A stretch of DNA of 64,000 bases from the NCBI RefSeq assembly GCF_046119375.1, contig NW_027362771.1, positions 586,272,001 to 586,336,000 on the forward strand. Direction: 5' to 3'. This document shows, piece after piece, positions 63,588 to 64,000 of this stretch (position 1 is its first letter; every line of letters begins with the position of its first letter). The stretch is from Phyllobates terribilis. Lineage: Eukaryota. The notes under the pieces were generated by a model. It was not told the DNA's origin and did no database searches. It was given only the letters and a program-made list of their open reading frames with translations. A program made the translations under genes and the position numbers.

Positions 63588-64000
63588 GAAGGCAGTGTTC
63601 GGCACCCGCGCTTGGGAACAGCGCTAACTATACCGCTAATCCTTGGCGCCGGTCCTGATGCAGCAAATGGTTGCCACACGGGACACGGATATATCCGGTA
63701 CCGGTTTTTCCAGTACCGGAAATAGTCGGACGTGTGAAACCAGCCTAATGCTATGTAATCTCACCCGGGTGAGGTGAGTTTATGCGGGTTTACAAGACGC
63801 AGCATGGCTGCATGTGAATTTCTGTAGCGAAGACCAGGGTCTTCAGTGTATGACCAATAGCATGTCATTAGATGCGGTAAATCTGCATGTAACTAAACAC
63901 AAGTGCGGTAATTACAATGCAGCGTTTTGGATGCAGGGAAAATACGCTGCATTCAAAACGCTACCATTCCTGATTGTGGGCATGTACAAGCAGAATTTGC

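Overview
Eukaryotic, intron-containing DNA. The transposon repertoire (TTAA-flanked hairpin MITEs, Tc1, Tx1/L1 and L2 elements) suggests a frog genome, but this is inference. Three housekeeping genes lie head-to-tail on the + strand, and I reconstructed each exon by exon with GT-AG boundaries and consistent phase: a SURF4-family ER cargo receptor (6 coding exons, 269 aa, probably a paralogue of mammalian SURF4), YJU2B/CCDC130 (9 coding exons, 359 aa) and GTF2F1/RAP74 (13 coding exons, 524 aa). The most striking structure is in intron 1 of the surf4 gene. A 19.6-kb block consists of an 86-bp satellite array interrupted twice, at the same nucleotide of the unit, by full-length ~7.5-kb Tx1/L1-clade non-LTR retrotransposons in antisense orientation. 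Both copies lack a TSD and a poly(A) tail. Both also share a split 5' coding region (three short staggered frames, one joined by an ATGA stop-start overlap), while the ORF2 lesions I traced are private to each copy. This looks like a satellite-targeting retrotransposon with an unusual architecture, though duplication of one old insertion is not excluded. The right third of the window is a transposon graveyard. It includes an apparently intact young Tc1 (340-aa DD34E transposase) nested in an older Tc1, a Tc1>MITE>hAT>minisatellite nest, several minisatellites and L1/L2 remnants. All coordinates and alignments were read by eye; no searches were run.
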